From: Callorhinchus milii
Lineage: Eukaryota
Direction of reading: 5' to 3'
DNA: 64,000 nucleotides
Assembly (NCBI RefSeq): GCF_018977255.1
Contig: NW_024704742.1
Location: 131,070,001 to 131,134,000, forward strand
Part shown: piece by piece, positions 37,355-48,802 of the stretch
Layout: the number at the start of each line of letters is the position of its first letter
How positions within the stretch are numbered: position 1 is the stretch's first letter
Program-made: the position numbers and the translations under genes
Notes under the pieces: generated by a model
The model's database searches: none
What the model was told of the DNA's origin: nothing
What the model saw: only the letters and a program-made list of their open reading frames with translations

Positions 37355-37780
37355 TCAGCCTGGCTCAATTGGTAGCACTCTCGCCTCCGAGTCAGAAGAT
37401 TGTGGGTTTAAACCCCATGTTGAGACTTGGAACTCACAATGTAGATGCAGACACTCCAATGCAGTGCTGAGGGTGTGTTGCATTGTCAGAAGTGCTGTCC
37501 TTTGGATAAGATGTTAAACCGAGGCTCCATTCGCCTGTTTTGTTAAAGATCCCACGGCATGATTCGAAAAGTCCAGGCCAACAACATCCCCACCAAATAA
37601 AATTGGTCACTCATTCACAATGTAGGAAATTTCAGTGTGCAATTTGACTGTTGCATTCGCCCACAACAACCACCCACCCACAGTATATACAGTACATCCT
37701 GTTAAGACGCTTTGAGAAATCTTGATGACACGATAAGGCATTACAACAAATGTCAGGACTATTATTATTATTATTATCTC
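37355..37780 (+). mobile_element. SINE-B, full length
   Basis: CAGCCTGGCTCAATTGGTAGCACTCTCGCCTCCGAGTCAGAAG head plus Deu domain. Confidence 0.86.
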
Positions 37781-37799
37781 TAGCTTTGGTTTTGTGGAA

Positions 37800-38170
37800 A
37801 TCCATCACTATATCCAAACCAGACCGAGAGTTCCAGACATGTATGCCACATGTCAATTTCTCTGTGTCTGGAATAGAATGTGCACTCTGTCTCTGGAGGA
37901 ACTCAACCTGCAAACCTAATTTCACACAATATTAGGCCACGGCAATGCTTGAGGATGCCAGAGCGTGCGTTGGGGGTATTGCTGGAGTTTGGTCAGCTAA
38001 AACCACACAGCTTGCCATTGAAAACACTGGCAAGCTTCTCACTGTTTTCCAGCAAGGACCATCCTACACTACCCATTAGGGCTTTGGCTTGCAAGGTTAA
38101 CAGTAGTTGAATGGAAAAAATCCCTTGTCCCAGGGACTGGTCTGCCCCTTCAAGGGCTGCCTACGAGCCA
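37800..38170 (+). repeat. Family C copy
   Basis: ATCCAAACCAGACCGAGAGTTCC...GGACCATCCTACAC..TTAGGGCTTTGGCTTGCAAGGTTAACAG...GACTGGTCTGCCCCTTC. Confidence 0.72.
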
Positions 38171-38454
38171 GGCCGAGTGATCTGCCAGTAGCCTTGCCAG
38201 CTCAGCTCCTCGTGTACCCCCACCCCTCAAAAACAGACAGTCATAGGATGTAGAGTGGGAAGTATAAATTGGTGCTCTACATGGCCCCTGTGCTGGGAGC
38301 AGCGACGCTTTGCAATATAAACACAGCATTAGCCACACAGTCTTCAATGCATGGAAAGGTAGTTTAATTTATACCAAAGGGAACTGGAGGTGGAGAGTCC
38401 AATGAAGGAAGACACAGACAAAGAAGGCAAACAACACATTTTCACATACTGTGT

Positions 38455-38780
38455 TCAGGGCTGTGCTGCATTGATGGAGGTGCCTTCCTTCAGGTGGGAC
38501 ATTAAACCGAGGCTTTGCCTACATATTCAGGTGGACGTTAAAGATCCTATGGCACTATTCGAAAAGAGAAGGAAAGTTCTCCCGGTGTCCTGGCCAACAA
38601 TCCCTCAAAAAAATTTGGTCATTCACTTCATAGTTGTTTTTGGGACATTGCTGCGCACAAATTGGCTGCCGTGTTCACCCACAAAAACAAAACACACGTT
38701 CACTGCAGTTTACAGCATATCCTGTGAAGGGCTTTGGGATCTTCCCAGCATGAAAGGCACGATACGAATGTAAATTTGTA
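38455..38780 (+). mobile_element. SINE-B body
   Basis: GGAGGTGCCTTCCTTCAGGTGGGACATTAAACCGAGG...GTGGACGTTAAAGATCC. Confidence 0.82.
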
Positions 38781-39124
38781 TTTATTCTCCTGGCATGAAA
38801 GGCACAATGCCAAATGTAAGGCTTATTAATTTTTGTTCCTTAAAATACACACAAAATACACCCACAAAACACTCACAGTCACTACACTTTACAGTATATC
38901 CTGTGAAATACTTTGAGGCGTCTCAACAACGTGATTAGGCACCATGTCAAATGCAAGGATTATTGAGATTATTACAATACAAGCAAGGTTTAGGGAAATC
39001 TGCTTGTTGTCTGTTTGCTTTTTTTAATTCACAAAAAAGGAAAGATTTCTGCGCCTGTTTTGAATTATAAAACGGACGAAAGAAAGGAAGGAGGAAAAGA
39101 AACAAAAGGAAAATGCAGAAGTGT

Positions 39125-39830
39125 GTGCGGGGGCGTGGGCGTGGGGAAGGGCGGGGGGGCGAGGTGGGGGTACGAGGGGGGGGGAAGAAATAGTTAGGTT
39201 CTGAGAGGAATAATTTGCTCTTCGGAGACGCAGACTGAGGAGAAAATTAAATCCCTAAGCATTGCAGGAAGCAGGATGAGAGCTCAAGAGCTCCTTCCTA
39301 AGCTGCTCGGCGAGGGCTGATTGACAGACCTGTCTGTGTGTGACAAGACACCTGCTGCAGTACTTTAATGGTGATGTATGGTACCCACCACCCCCCCCAA
39401 CCACCCCCCCTTGTCTTGGGAGTAGCGAAGCTGTCATTGGAAAGAGGAGGCGAGTGTGGCCCTTTGGGTAACAGGCAGGAACGCAGATGTTCCTGTCAGC
39501 TCCCGAACGCAACAGGAATGACGGGAAGGCACCTCGGCAGCTTCTGAATTTGCATTGGCAAAATTATTGAAAATAAATGCAGCGCAGTTTGACAGAACAG
39601 CAGGGAAAGGTCAACACAGAACAAACTGGAAAGAGGGAGAGAGAAACGCCTCAATGAAACATTTAAAGTGACAGCGCCAAAACCCCTCGCCCCCCCCCCC
39701 CCCTCCTTTATGTTCAGCTGCAGCGCTCAAACCCACTTTCCTTTCTTCCCAGTGCATTCACTTCACCCGGTCATTAATATAAAGGATGTGGAATGCTCTG
39801 CCCAGAAAGCCAAAAAGCTGGAATCATTGG
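39125..39830. promoter_or_regulatory. Candidate promoter/enhancer island
   Basis: GC boxes (GGGCGTGG x2, GGGCGG) at 39130-39160, TGATTGACAG (Pbx-Prep/Meis decamer) at 39318-39327, octamer ATTTGCAT at 39548-39555 overlapping ATTGG. Repeat-free. Confidence 0.4.
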
Positions 39831-39837
39831 GGATGTT

Positions 39838-40226
39838 TAATAATAATAATCGTAATAATAATAATCCTTGTATTTGATGTAGCGCCTTATCGGGTTCTGA
39901 GGCGTCTCAAAGCGCTTCACAGAATATACTCTCAAGTGAATTGACTGTATATTTTGTGGGCGAAACGCGGCAGCCAATTGCGCACAACAGTGTCCCACAG
40001 ACAGTCGTGGATTGAGTGACCAATTATTCATTTTTAATAATTTTTTTGAAGGGATTATTATGCCCAGAAAAGCAATCCGCCAATCGACTGACAAACGGGT
40101 CCCTACTTACTTCTAGGTAAACTGAGGCATGTGGAGTAAGGAAAATTGCCTAAGGTTGGGCCCTGCCAGGGAATCACACCCAGGTCCTTGCGTTTGAGAG
40201 GCGAGTGCTCTAACCAATATGCTACA
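39838..40226 (-). mobile_element. SINE-A, long subfamily, full length
   Basis: Tail, Deu 3' part, long CORE-like block (CCTACTTACTTCTAGGTAAAC) and tRNA head. Confidence 0.9.
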
Positions 40227-40234
40227 GAATGTTT

Positions 40235-40560
40235 AAACAAGAGATGGGCAGATACTTGGGTAGTAAAAGTATTAAGGGACATGGTGAGAGGATAGGGCAT
40301 TGGAATAAAAAGATTTGTCAAGATATAGACAATTGGTGGAACAGGTTTGGTGTGCTGAATGGCCTCCTCCTGTTCCTGTGTTCCTACATTTGCTCATATC
40401 ATTGATGGTCATTTTAGTCACAACTGCATTTTGAAAGGAAAGTTCTCAGTGTACATGAAGGAGAAGGGAATAGAGGGTGATGGGGCTGAAGGGATTAGGA
40501 GGGGTGGAGGAAAATGCAGTATAAAGCCTGGCACGGACTAGTGTTGTGGGCTCCCAGTTA
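40235..40560 (+). mobile_element. Two short CR1 3' end fragments
   Basis: GCTGAATGGCCTCCTCCTGTTCCTGTG and ATGAAGGAGAAGGGAATAGAGGG motifs. Confidence 0.65.
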
Positions 40561-40621
40561 CTCCACTTTACAGTACATTTGTGAAGTGCTTTGAGACGTC
40601 TCGGTGATGTGATAAGGCGCT

Positions 40622-40951
40622 TATAATAATAATAATAATAATCCTTGCATTTGATATAGCGCTTTTCACGTTGGGAGGACGTCCCAAAGCGCTTCACAGG
40701 ACACACTGTAAAGTGAATTGACTGCAAATTTGTGGGCGAACGCGGCAGCCAATTGCGCACAGCAATGTCCCACAAACAGTCGTAGATCGAAAATGACCAA
40801 TTTAATTATTGTTTTTGGTTTTTGGAGGGATTATTATTAGGCTCTGTGTGGAGTAAGGAAACTTGCCCAAGGGTTCGCCCTCTGCCTGGAATTGAACTCA
40901 GGTCTCTCGCTGGCAAAGCGAGTGCCTAACCACTGAGCTACAGGACTCCAC
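40622..40951 (-). mobile_element. SINE-A, short (young) subfamily, nested antisense in another SINE tail (40560-40990)
   Basis: Host tail is split at GATAAGGCGC | TATATCAAATGCAAGG. Confidence 0.92.
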
Positions 40952-40999
40952 ATATCAAATGCTATATCAAATGCAAGGATTATTATTATCATTAATATC

Positions 41000-41172
41000 C
41001 ATCTGAGCAGGACCTCAGTTTAATGAAGAACAGCACCTCCGACACTGTTGTGCCCCCCCCAGCATTGATGGGATTGTCAACCTAGACTAAGTGAGCTCAA
41101 ACGTCCCAACATGGAGCTTGAACCCATGACCTTCTGACTCAGAGCAGAGAGGTTACTGACTGAGATTGGCTG
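41000..41172 (-). mobile_element. SINE-B 5' fragment
   Basis: CAGCACCTCCGACA...TTGAACCCATGACCTTCTGACTCAGAG. Confidence 0.75.
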
Positions 41173-41554
41173 AAATACCCGATGAAAAGTTAAGGATACA
41201 TGTTGATAGAGATGAGGAAATAGACTGTGAAACTCGCTGGTGGGGCTCTCACTTTCAGATTATTAGCATGCAATAACACTGCGCCAAATAAATATTTTAA
41301 AGTGAAAGACCTTTCCCTGCCTTACTGGGAACGCAACTTGATTCATATTCTAGATACTCAGTAATAATGAGTAATTCATGTCGCAAAAAAAAGGAGAAAA
41401 GGCAGAAAATTGGCTATAAAAAGAACAGCCAATAAATAATACCAGCACCGATGTCAAAATGTAATCTATTAGCAAACATGCAAGCATTCGAGATAACTTA
41501 CGATTTCGCTGTGACAGATCCTTACATCAATCACTCATATACAATGTGTACAGG

Positions 41555-41670
41555 AGGACACTCTGGTTTAGATTTACTCTATTAGAATTTCAAAGCGTCC
41601 AGAATATGACAAATTCTTCAAAGCAGTCTTCATTTTGAAGCCGTTTTTTCTGTCAGTTCTTTTAAGAACG
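41555..41670. mobile_element. Family F single arm
   Basis: CTGGTTTAGATTTACTCT...CAGAATATGACAAATTCTTC..GTCTTCATTTTGAAGCC matches the reverse of 3630-3690. Confidence 0.55.
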
Positions 41671-42170
41671 TCTACCTCTCCAACCTCTCCGACCTGCTTA
41701 CTCCCCAACCCACTCCCCGCTGCCTCCGCTTGACTGTCTCCGGCCTCCTGCAAGTCCCTTTGTGTCCTCTGTTTCACCATCAGCAGCCGCACTTTCAGCC
41801 ACTATGTCCCCGAAACTCTGGAACACTCTTTCTCTATCCCTCCGCGTTACCCCTTCTTCATCTTCAGATGCGCCTGAAGCCCTTCCTCTGCAACTGTGCC
41901 TACGGTCACCTCCCCTCTCCCCCCAGGTTGGCGTCGTGTTCTGCCACTGTGAAGCACTCTGGGACCCCACCCAGGTTTAACTCTTATACCAGGAATCAGC
42001 ACTCACGCGTCCATATTTAAAGCCAGCTGAAAACTTACCTCTTCGACCCTACCTCCCATCCTCTCCCTCCTCCACCTTCCCTTATCAGGGTCTGGCGCCT
42101 CCACTATAAAGCGCTTCAAGACTTTGCCCGATGGGAAGCTATGCAATATAAATACAAGTTGTTATTCTTA
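41670..42170 (+). mobile_element. Two adjacent L2 3' fragments
   Basis: CTCTGGAACACTCT..; CCACTGTGAAGCACTCTGGG; second copy ends ATATAAATACAAGTTGTTATT. Confidence 0.75.
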
Positions 42171-42454
42171 CCATCAGTGTTACTGTGTTCTGCCGATTTG
42201 AACCGTTTTTCTCTGCCTTGTTATAATTTTACAATCAATAGCTGCTTCTTCCTTCCAGCTCCCACATTCATCACTGAAGTTGAGAGCAATATTTTTTTTT
42301 AGAAAGTGCTTTCCGTTGACTGAAAAGGGCTTTCTGACTTGGAGTCAGCCTGGTGTCAACCAACTGAGGCTTGTGCCAGGCTGGCTCAGTTGCTAGCGCT
42401 CTCTCCTCTGAGACAGAAGGTTCTGGGTTCAAGCCCTAAATTGGCACAGTCCAG

Positions 42455-42672
42455 GTGTCGTGGATTGAGTGACTAAATTTTATATTTCAGGGATTATTAA
42501 CCACGGAAAAGTGATCTGCCAATTTACTAAAAACCAGGTTCCTACTGACTGCTACGTAAACAGGGGTGTGTGGAGTAAGGAAGCTTGTCCAACTTTTCGC
42601 CCTCCCGGGAATCAAACCCAGGTCCTCTTGCTTGCGAAGCGAGTGCTCTAACCACTGAGCTATAGGACTCCA
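42455..42672 (-). mobile_element. SINE-A, long subfamily, 5' half
   Basis: tRNA head plus long CORE-like block. Confidence 0.82.
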
Positions 42673-44121
42673 GGAATGTTCAGGAACCAGGTAAATCCAG
42701 ATTAGAGAGACACAGATACAGATACAGAGAGACAGGCACACACATACTCACAAACACCCATACATTATCTATATTGTTATATCTGCATTGGGAGGTGGTC
42801 ATACGTGTGCATCTCTACTTCAGTCAAAAGCATTGAAAATATATATCTGAGGCCTGATGTCGAAATGGTCTCTGCTTTATAAATATTTTCTCTTAAAATG
42901 TTAATAAGATCATAGAAAATTTAGGAAAATTCTTCAATTCAAACTCAATTTGGAAGCCTGCTGTTGATAAAAAAAATGGCCTCACTGTGAAATCTCAGAC
43001 CTCTCTTCACCCTACGATTTCTCTCTTGTCTTGTGAACTCACAGCCTAATAAATTCTTCATTTGTACAGAACAAGAAACTAATTTTCTTTGTTTCTAAAG
43101 ATTACTTTCGCCTACAAAACACACAGTCATTGCACTTCACAGTATATCCTGCGAGACACTTTGAGACATCCTCCCAACATAAAATGCGCTGTACCAAATG
43201 TAAGGATTATTATTGTTGTTATTATAAAACGTGCACATGGATTCGTTGCCTGTGCAAAACGGCCAATTTGCTAACATGCTCAGAATCCGGTCAAAGTAAG
43301 GGTTAAGCCTCCTCATGCAAGCTGGGTGCACCAACCCATAGGAAGAAAGTAGACCATTGTAGCCTCTTCACTGCAGATAAAAGCAAATCACATCCTTATT
43401 GCATATTTTATAGATATTAGATATACCATTTGCATAAATACATATATATTGTGCATGATATTATACGCAGCGAGTGCCTGGATCATTTTTCATAAGCAAG
43501 GCCAAGCCGAGCTGAAAAATTGTTTGGTATGTTTGTGTGGATGAAAAATTCATTTGGATACATTACGGCAACACAACATTAACCACTTTACTTAGCTCGT
43601 TTTTTCCTTCACATTTATGAGAGGGATTAGCATAAAGCATAGGATAAAATGATTAAGTGTGCAATATGGGATGTTAAATGAGTTTTTTGTTGTTGGGCTT
43701 AATGTTTTAAAAGCGCAGGAAATATTGGTGCATCTGGGAGGCTGTTTTTAAAGAGGCATTATTGTCTGCAGATGTGGGGCAAGAGAGTGGGCTGAGAGTC
43801 CCTGTGTCAGTTTCATTACAAAGTCTCAGGCAAAAANGAGGCTGGCATCAACTTGCATCAGAGATCAGCAGCTTGGGGCTGGCTTTACCTGTTGTCCGTA
43901 CACCCACAGGGGCAAGAATCCTGGCTGAGATTTTATCCCTGACTCAAAGGGCTCACTCTCCTGCCTCACACTTAGAGTGAGAGAGCGAGAGATTCTTAGT
44001 ACCACACCCACAACCTGAACTTATGCAGCACCTTTCGAATTGGGTAGCTGTCTCGTAGTACTTCACGAAGACTGAGGGAACCACTGAGAAGGGAGAAGGG
44101 AGGGGTAATTACTCTTATTAT

Positions 44122-44632
44122 TAACAATAATAATAATCCTTGCATTTGGTATAGAGTCTTGTCATGTTGGAAGAACGTCTCAAGACGCTTCACAGGATTG
44201 GCTGCGAAATGGAGTGTTTATAGGCAAACGCGGCAGCTCAATTGTGCACAGCAGTGTCCACAAACAGCCATGGAGTGAGCCACCAATTATATTTGGGGGA
44301 TTGTTGGCCAGGACACTGGGAGAGAGAAACCCCCTTCTCTTTTAGAACAGTGCTGGCCGTGGGATCTTTATCGTCTATCTGAACAATCCTTCGGTTAAAG
44401 TCTCATCCGAAGGACAGCATCTCTGACAATAACAATAATAATAATAATCTTTGCATTTGATATAGCGCTTTTCATGTCTTATCGATGTCTCAAAGCGCTT
44501 CACAGAATAAACTGTAAAGTGAATTGACCGTATATTTGTGAGCGAAACGCAGCTTACCCACAGCATTGCACTAGAGCGTCAGCTTAGACTATGTGATTCC
44601 AAGTCCCGACGTGGGGCTTCAACCCACAACTT
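44122..44632 (-). mobile_element. SINE-B with a SINE-A 3' fragment inserted (44428-44555)
   Basis: Host split at TCTGACAAT | GCAGC with no TSD. Confidence 0.82.
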
Positions 44633-44994
44633 GAGAGTTTTAACCAAAGACATGTGCTTTTAAGAGGGTTTTGAATGAAGGAAGAGAAGGAGCAAGGCAA
44701 AGGGATTTTGGGTGTGAGCTTCAGAGATCAGGGCATAGTGGCCGATGGCTAGATACTTGCTGGGTTAGGATATCACTTGCAGTGGAAGGAAATGCAAATT
44801 CGATTGGCTTCAGGAGAAGGTGGAGGGGATGGAATGGGTCGCCAGACATTGGCAGAGAAAGGGGTTAGAGCTAGGTAATCCCAGGTGAAGACTGGGCTCA
44901 ACTCTGAGGCTACCAGTCTTCAGAACAGAAAGGATTGAGCTGTACATTATGCACAAGAGACATATATAGAGCATTGGAACCAGTAAAAGGTTTA

Positions 44995-45275
44995 ATATAA
45001 TAATCGTTTCATTTGATACAGCGCTTTATCACATCATTAAGACGTCTCAAACAGTGAATTGAGTGACCAATTTTTTTTGAGGGATAATTACCCCCGGATA
45101 GCGATCCGCCAATCAACTAATAATCGAGTTTCTATTTACTGCTAGGTAAGCAGAGATGTGTGAAGTGAGGAAAAGAGTAAGGAAACTTGTCTAAGGTTTT
45201 GCCCTGCCGGGAATCGAACCCAGGTCCTCTCAACTTGCGAGGCGAGGGCGCTATCCACCACGCTACAGGCCTCCT
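44995..45275 (-). mobile_element. SINE-A, long subfamily, internally deleted
   Basis: GGGAATCGAACCCAGG B box, CORE-like block, tail. Confidence 0.82.
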
Positions 45276-46068
45276 TATTTAAATTGTACACAAAAATAGA
45301 ACCCTTCAGTTAAGCTGCCAGGTGTATGGAATCTTTTCCTTTTCCAACCTGAAAATAGGTAAGTTACCGGGAAACAAGCAGGAAAAATACTAAATACCTG
45401 AACATGGCCTTTGGAAAAAAGAGCAACAACAACACGCTGCATCTATATATAGCGTCCTTCACACTGGGCAGTGTCGCAGAGCGCTTAAGCAGCGCTGGAT
45501 GAACACTTTTATTTTGGAATCAATGTGTTAGGTTTGGAGGTGGCAGCATTTTCTTTGTCTGCATTGACAGCTTCAGAGGGTTTCCCCCCTTTTTTTTTGG
45601 GGGGGGGGGATGGGTTGGCAACATTTCCAAAAGGACCCTTCTCTCAGATACCCGATGGGGAGAAGGGAGGCAGGGTAGAGAGTGAGGGGAGTGAGGAAGC
45701 TCCCCATGTGATGGGGGGGGGGGGGTGTGTGGGTGCAGTGGGGGCTCTCTTCCAGATGTCGCTCGATCGCATTTTCTTTCTGTTTCCGAAAGCCAGAAAA
45801 ACAAACAAGCAGATTGGCACTTTCTGGTTCGAGACTCATTTTCATACTGTCAGTGGCCATTAAAACTCCCCCCGCCCACCCACCTCCCCCTCGCAACCTC
45901 TTCCCCTCTACCATTTTGCAGAGGTGATTATAAAAATGTGGCCTTTATTTGATTTTGCATTGCATAAGACCAGTAGGAACTCCTGATTGCTTCCAGCAAG
46001 GACTCTTTTTTTTCACTCCCAAAAGACAGATGTGCTTTTTTTTCAGCCTGAGTTTATTCTCAGGCTGA

Positions 46069-46331
46069 AATTCCAGGCAGGGCAAAACCTTGGGCAAGTT
46101 TCCTTACTCCACACGCCTAATAATAATCCCTCCAAAACAAAGAACAATAATAAAAATTAGTCATTTTCAATCTACGACTGTTTGTGGGACACTGTTGGGC
46201 GCAATTGGCTGCCGCGTTCGTCCACAAATATGCAGTCAATTCACTTTACAGTATATTCTGTGAAGCACTTTGGGACGTCTAGAAGACGTGAAAAGCGCTA
46301 TATCAAATGCAAGGATTATTATTATTATTAT
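46069..46331 (+). mobile_element. SINE-A, short subfamily, 5'-truncated within the B box
   Basis: Begins AATTCCAGGCAGGGCAAAACCTTGGGCAAG and ends (ATT)n. Confidence 0.9.
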
Positions 46332-46849
46332 TTCTCTCTCTCTGTCTCTCTCTCACTCTCGTTGTTTCATTGGTACAAATTACAACTGATTACACACAAA
46401 GTATGTTGGAAAAAAAACATTTTTGCTCTTTTGTATATGCACCCCTGGCATAGATGAGGCTTAATGAATGTCCTATACTGGAGGAGGCAGGGAGAGGAGC
46501 CAGTGAAAATAGTACCGAATGCCCGATGATTTGTCTTTGCTGCATTCATTCATCTGGCAGATCCCTCACACGCTGCCTATATCCCGTACGTAATTGCTGG
46601 CTCCTGATCTCCCCAAGCATTTTGTAAAGAGGCAAGCTGTGTGAAGAGAGTTAACTCTCTTGGGCATCGCTGACATATCCTGAGTCTTGAGATGTTATCA
46701 GGCCCCCTCCTCCAACCCCGATAATGATAATAATCCTTGTATTTGATATAGCGCCTTATCACATTGTTGAGACGTCTCAAAGCCCTTCTCAGAATATACT
46801 GTAAAGTGAATTGTCTATATTTTGTTTCTAGATCCAATTGGAGCTTTTC

Positions 46850-47340
46850 GGGGGTCAGCCAGGTATCTGCCATCACCAAGCTTAAGGGTATCCAAATCAG
46901 ACAGAGTTCCATGCGTGCCATGCTGTGTGCAAATTGATTGCTCCACAGTCTTCCCACGAAATACACAGTCATTGCACTTTATGGAGTATCCTGTGAAGCA
47001 CTTTGGCACATCCTAGTAATGAGAAAAGCACCATACCAAATGTAAAGATTATTATTATTATCTACACATGGAAATTCCTGTGTCTGGAATGGAATCTGCT
47101 CTCTCTCCCCAAAGGGAAACGTCCTGCTCACCTAACTCTGGAGAGTATTTGGCACAGGTTGGCAAGAGCCAAGGATTGGGGACCCCCTAAATTTCCATGT
47201 GGGATACTGTCAGAGTTTAATCAGGTTGCCTTCAATAGCACTGTCTGGCAAGCTTCCTGTTGCTTGTCCAGCTAGGACCACCCTACCCGGTAGGGCTTTG
47301 GCTTGTAGGGTTAACAGGAGCCGAGTGGGATGTCTCCCTG
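46850..47340 (+). repeat. Family C copy with a SINE tail inserted (about 46920-47060)
   Basis: GGTCAGCCAGGTATCTG..CTTAAGGGTATCCAAATC; CAGGTTGGCAAGAGCCAAGG; CTAGGACCACCCTAC; GGGTTAACAGGAG. Confidence 0.78.
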
Positions 47341-48098
47341 TCTAGTTTAGAGAGCTTCTAAACTGTGTTCACTACACTGTTGGACTGAGGGCTTGCCTGT
47401 CTATGGTGGTACAATAGATATTAAAGATCCCCATCATTAGAGGGAGGGGGAAGAGGGGTATCCTTGGAGCTATATATCCTGGAGCAAATTCAGAACTCTA
47501 AAGCAAATACTTGGCTCCTTGTAGTCCTCAATCCCAGACCTGAGAAATGTAAAGAGCTGATTGATGGTAAAGTTGTGCGTCATCGATGGCCTTGTAGAGT
47601 TAAGAATGGCTTTGAAAGTTGCTTCCCTCTTTGATGTTCATTGCCACCATGAAGCCGGCTAACCGCTGGAGAAAGCGATTAAATGAGGACTAACAGTGTG
47701 AAAAGATCCATTTGCAAAATGAAGCCATGTTGCAAACTCTCCTTAATTACTTGCGTCACAGTTCCAGACCAAACCTGGGGATCTCTCAGATCTATTTTGG
47801 TCAGAATCTCATTGCTGGTAGCCAGGGAGGCTAGTGGCATCAACCTAGAACCTTAAATTGTAGATCAAAGATCCAAAATCCCACCTTCACTTTCTTTGCG
47901 TTTAATTGATCACAAAATTTAATTTCAGGACAAAAAGCATATGAGTAATTCGAGACTTGACAAGTGTAGTATACTTGGAAGAACTAGGTAACTTTGGATC
48001 TAAGGTGCCCAAAGCTTTCCACTGTGATGACAGACTCATCTATACAGAATTAATTGCTACCAGCATCTTTATTGTTGTAGCAGGTGACTACAACAATA

Positions 48099-48410
48099 GT
48101 GGAGTCCTGTAGCTCAGTGGTTAGAGCACTCGCTTTGCAAGTGAGACACCTGAGTTCAATTCCAGGCGGCGAAACCTTGGGCAAGTTTCCTTACTCCACA
48201 CACCTAATAATAATCCCTCCAAAACCAAAAACAATAATAAATTGGTCATTTTCAATCTACGACTGTTTGTGGGACATTGCTGTGCACAATTGGCTGCCGC
48301 GTTCGCCCACAAATATAGTCAATTCACTTTACAGTGTGTTCTGTGAAGCGCTTTGGGACGTCCTCCCGATGTGAAAAGCGCTATATCAAATGCAAGGATT
48401 ATTATTATTA
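48099..48410 (+). mobile_element. SINE-A, short (young) subfamily, full length; best reference copy
   Basis: GTGGAGTCCTGTAGCTCAGTGGTTAGAGCACTCGCTTTGCAAGTGAG..GAGTTCAATTCC: A box, TGC anticodon arm and B box. Then CCTTGGGCAAG block, Deu 3' part and L2-type tail. Confidence 0.94.
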
Positions 48411-48434
48411 CCAGGATGGTAGAAGGCGAACAAA

Positions 48435-48802
48435 ATCCATTCACTCCATTCCATTCACTCCCTTGCACTTTCCTACCTCTCCGACCTCCTCACTCCCCAA
48501 TCCACCACCCGGCATCTCCACTCGACTGGCACCAGCCTCCTGCTCATCCCTCGCACTCTCCATCCCACCATCGGAGGTTGTGCTTTCCGCCAATACGCCC
48601 CAAAGCTCTGGAACACACTCCCTCAATCCCTCTGCCTTGCCACCCCTCTCCCCTCTTTCCAGTCCCGCCTGAAAACTTACCTGTTTGACCGTGCTTATGG
48701 CCACCTCCCCCCTCCTCCCGGCTCGGTGTCAGGCTCTGCCACTGTTAAGCGCTCTGAGACCCTGGGTGGAGGATGCTACATAAGTGCAAGTTGTTGTTGT
48801 TG
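48435..48802 (+). mobile_element. L2 3' end fragment
   Basis: CCACCATCGGAGG..CTCTGGAACACACTCCC..GCTACATAAGTGCAAG(TTG)n. Confidence 0.85.

Noticed and set aside
43837..43837. Single N
   Set aside because: Assembly ambiguity, not biological.
47380..47540. Deu-like segment with a different 3' continuation (possible older AmnSINE1-like family)
   Set aside because: Only a short degraded similarity (TTAAAGATCCC, CCTGG..CAAATTC). Too weak to call.
48099..48175. tRNA-Ala gene (and similar heads elsewhere)
   Set aside because: No paired acceptor stem or terminator. Always attached to the SINE body, so it is a SINE head.
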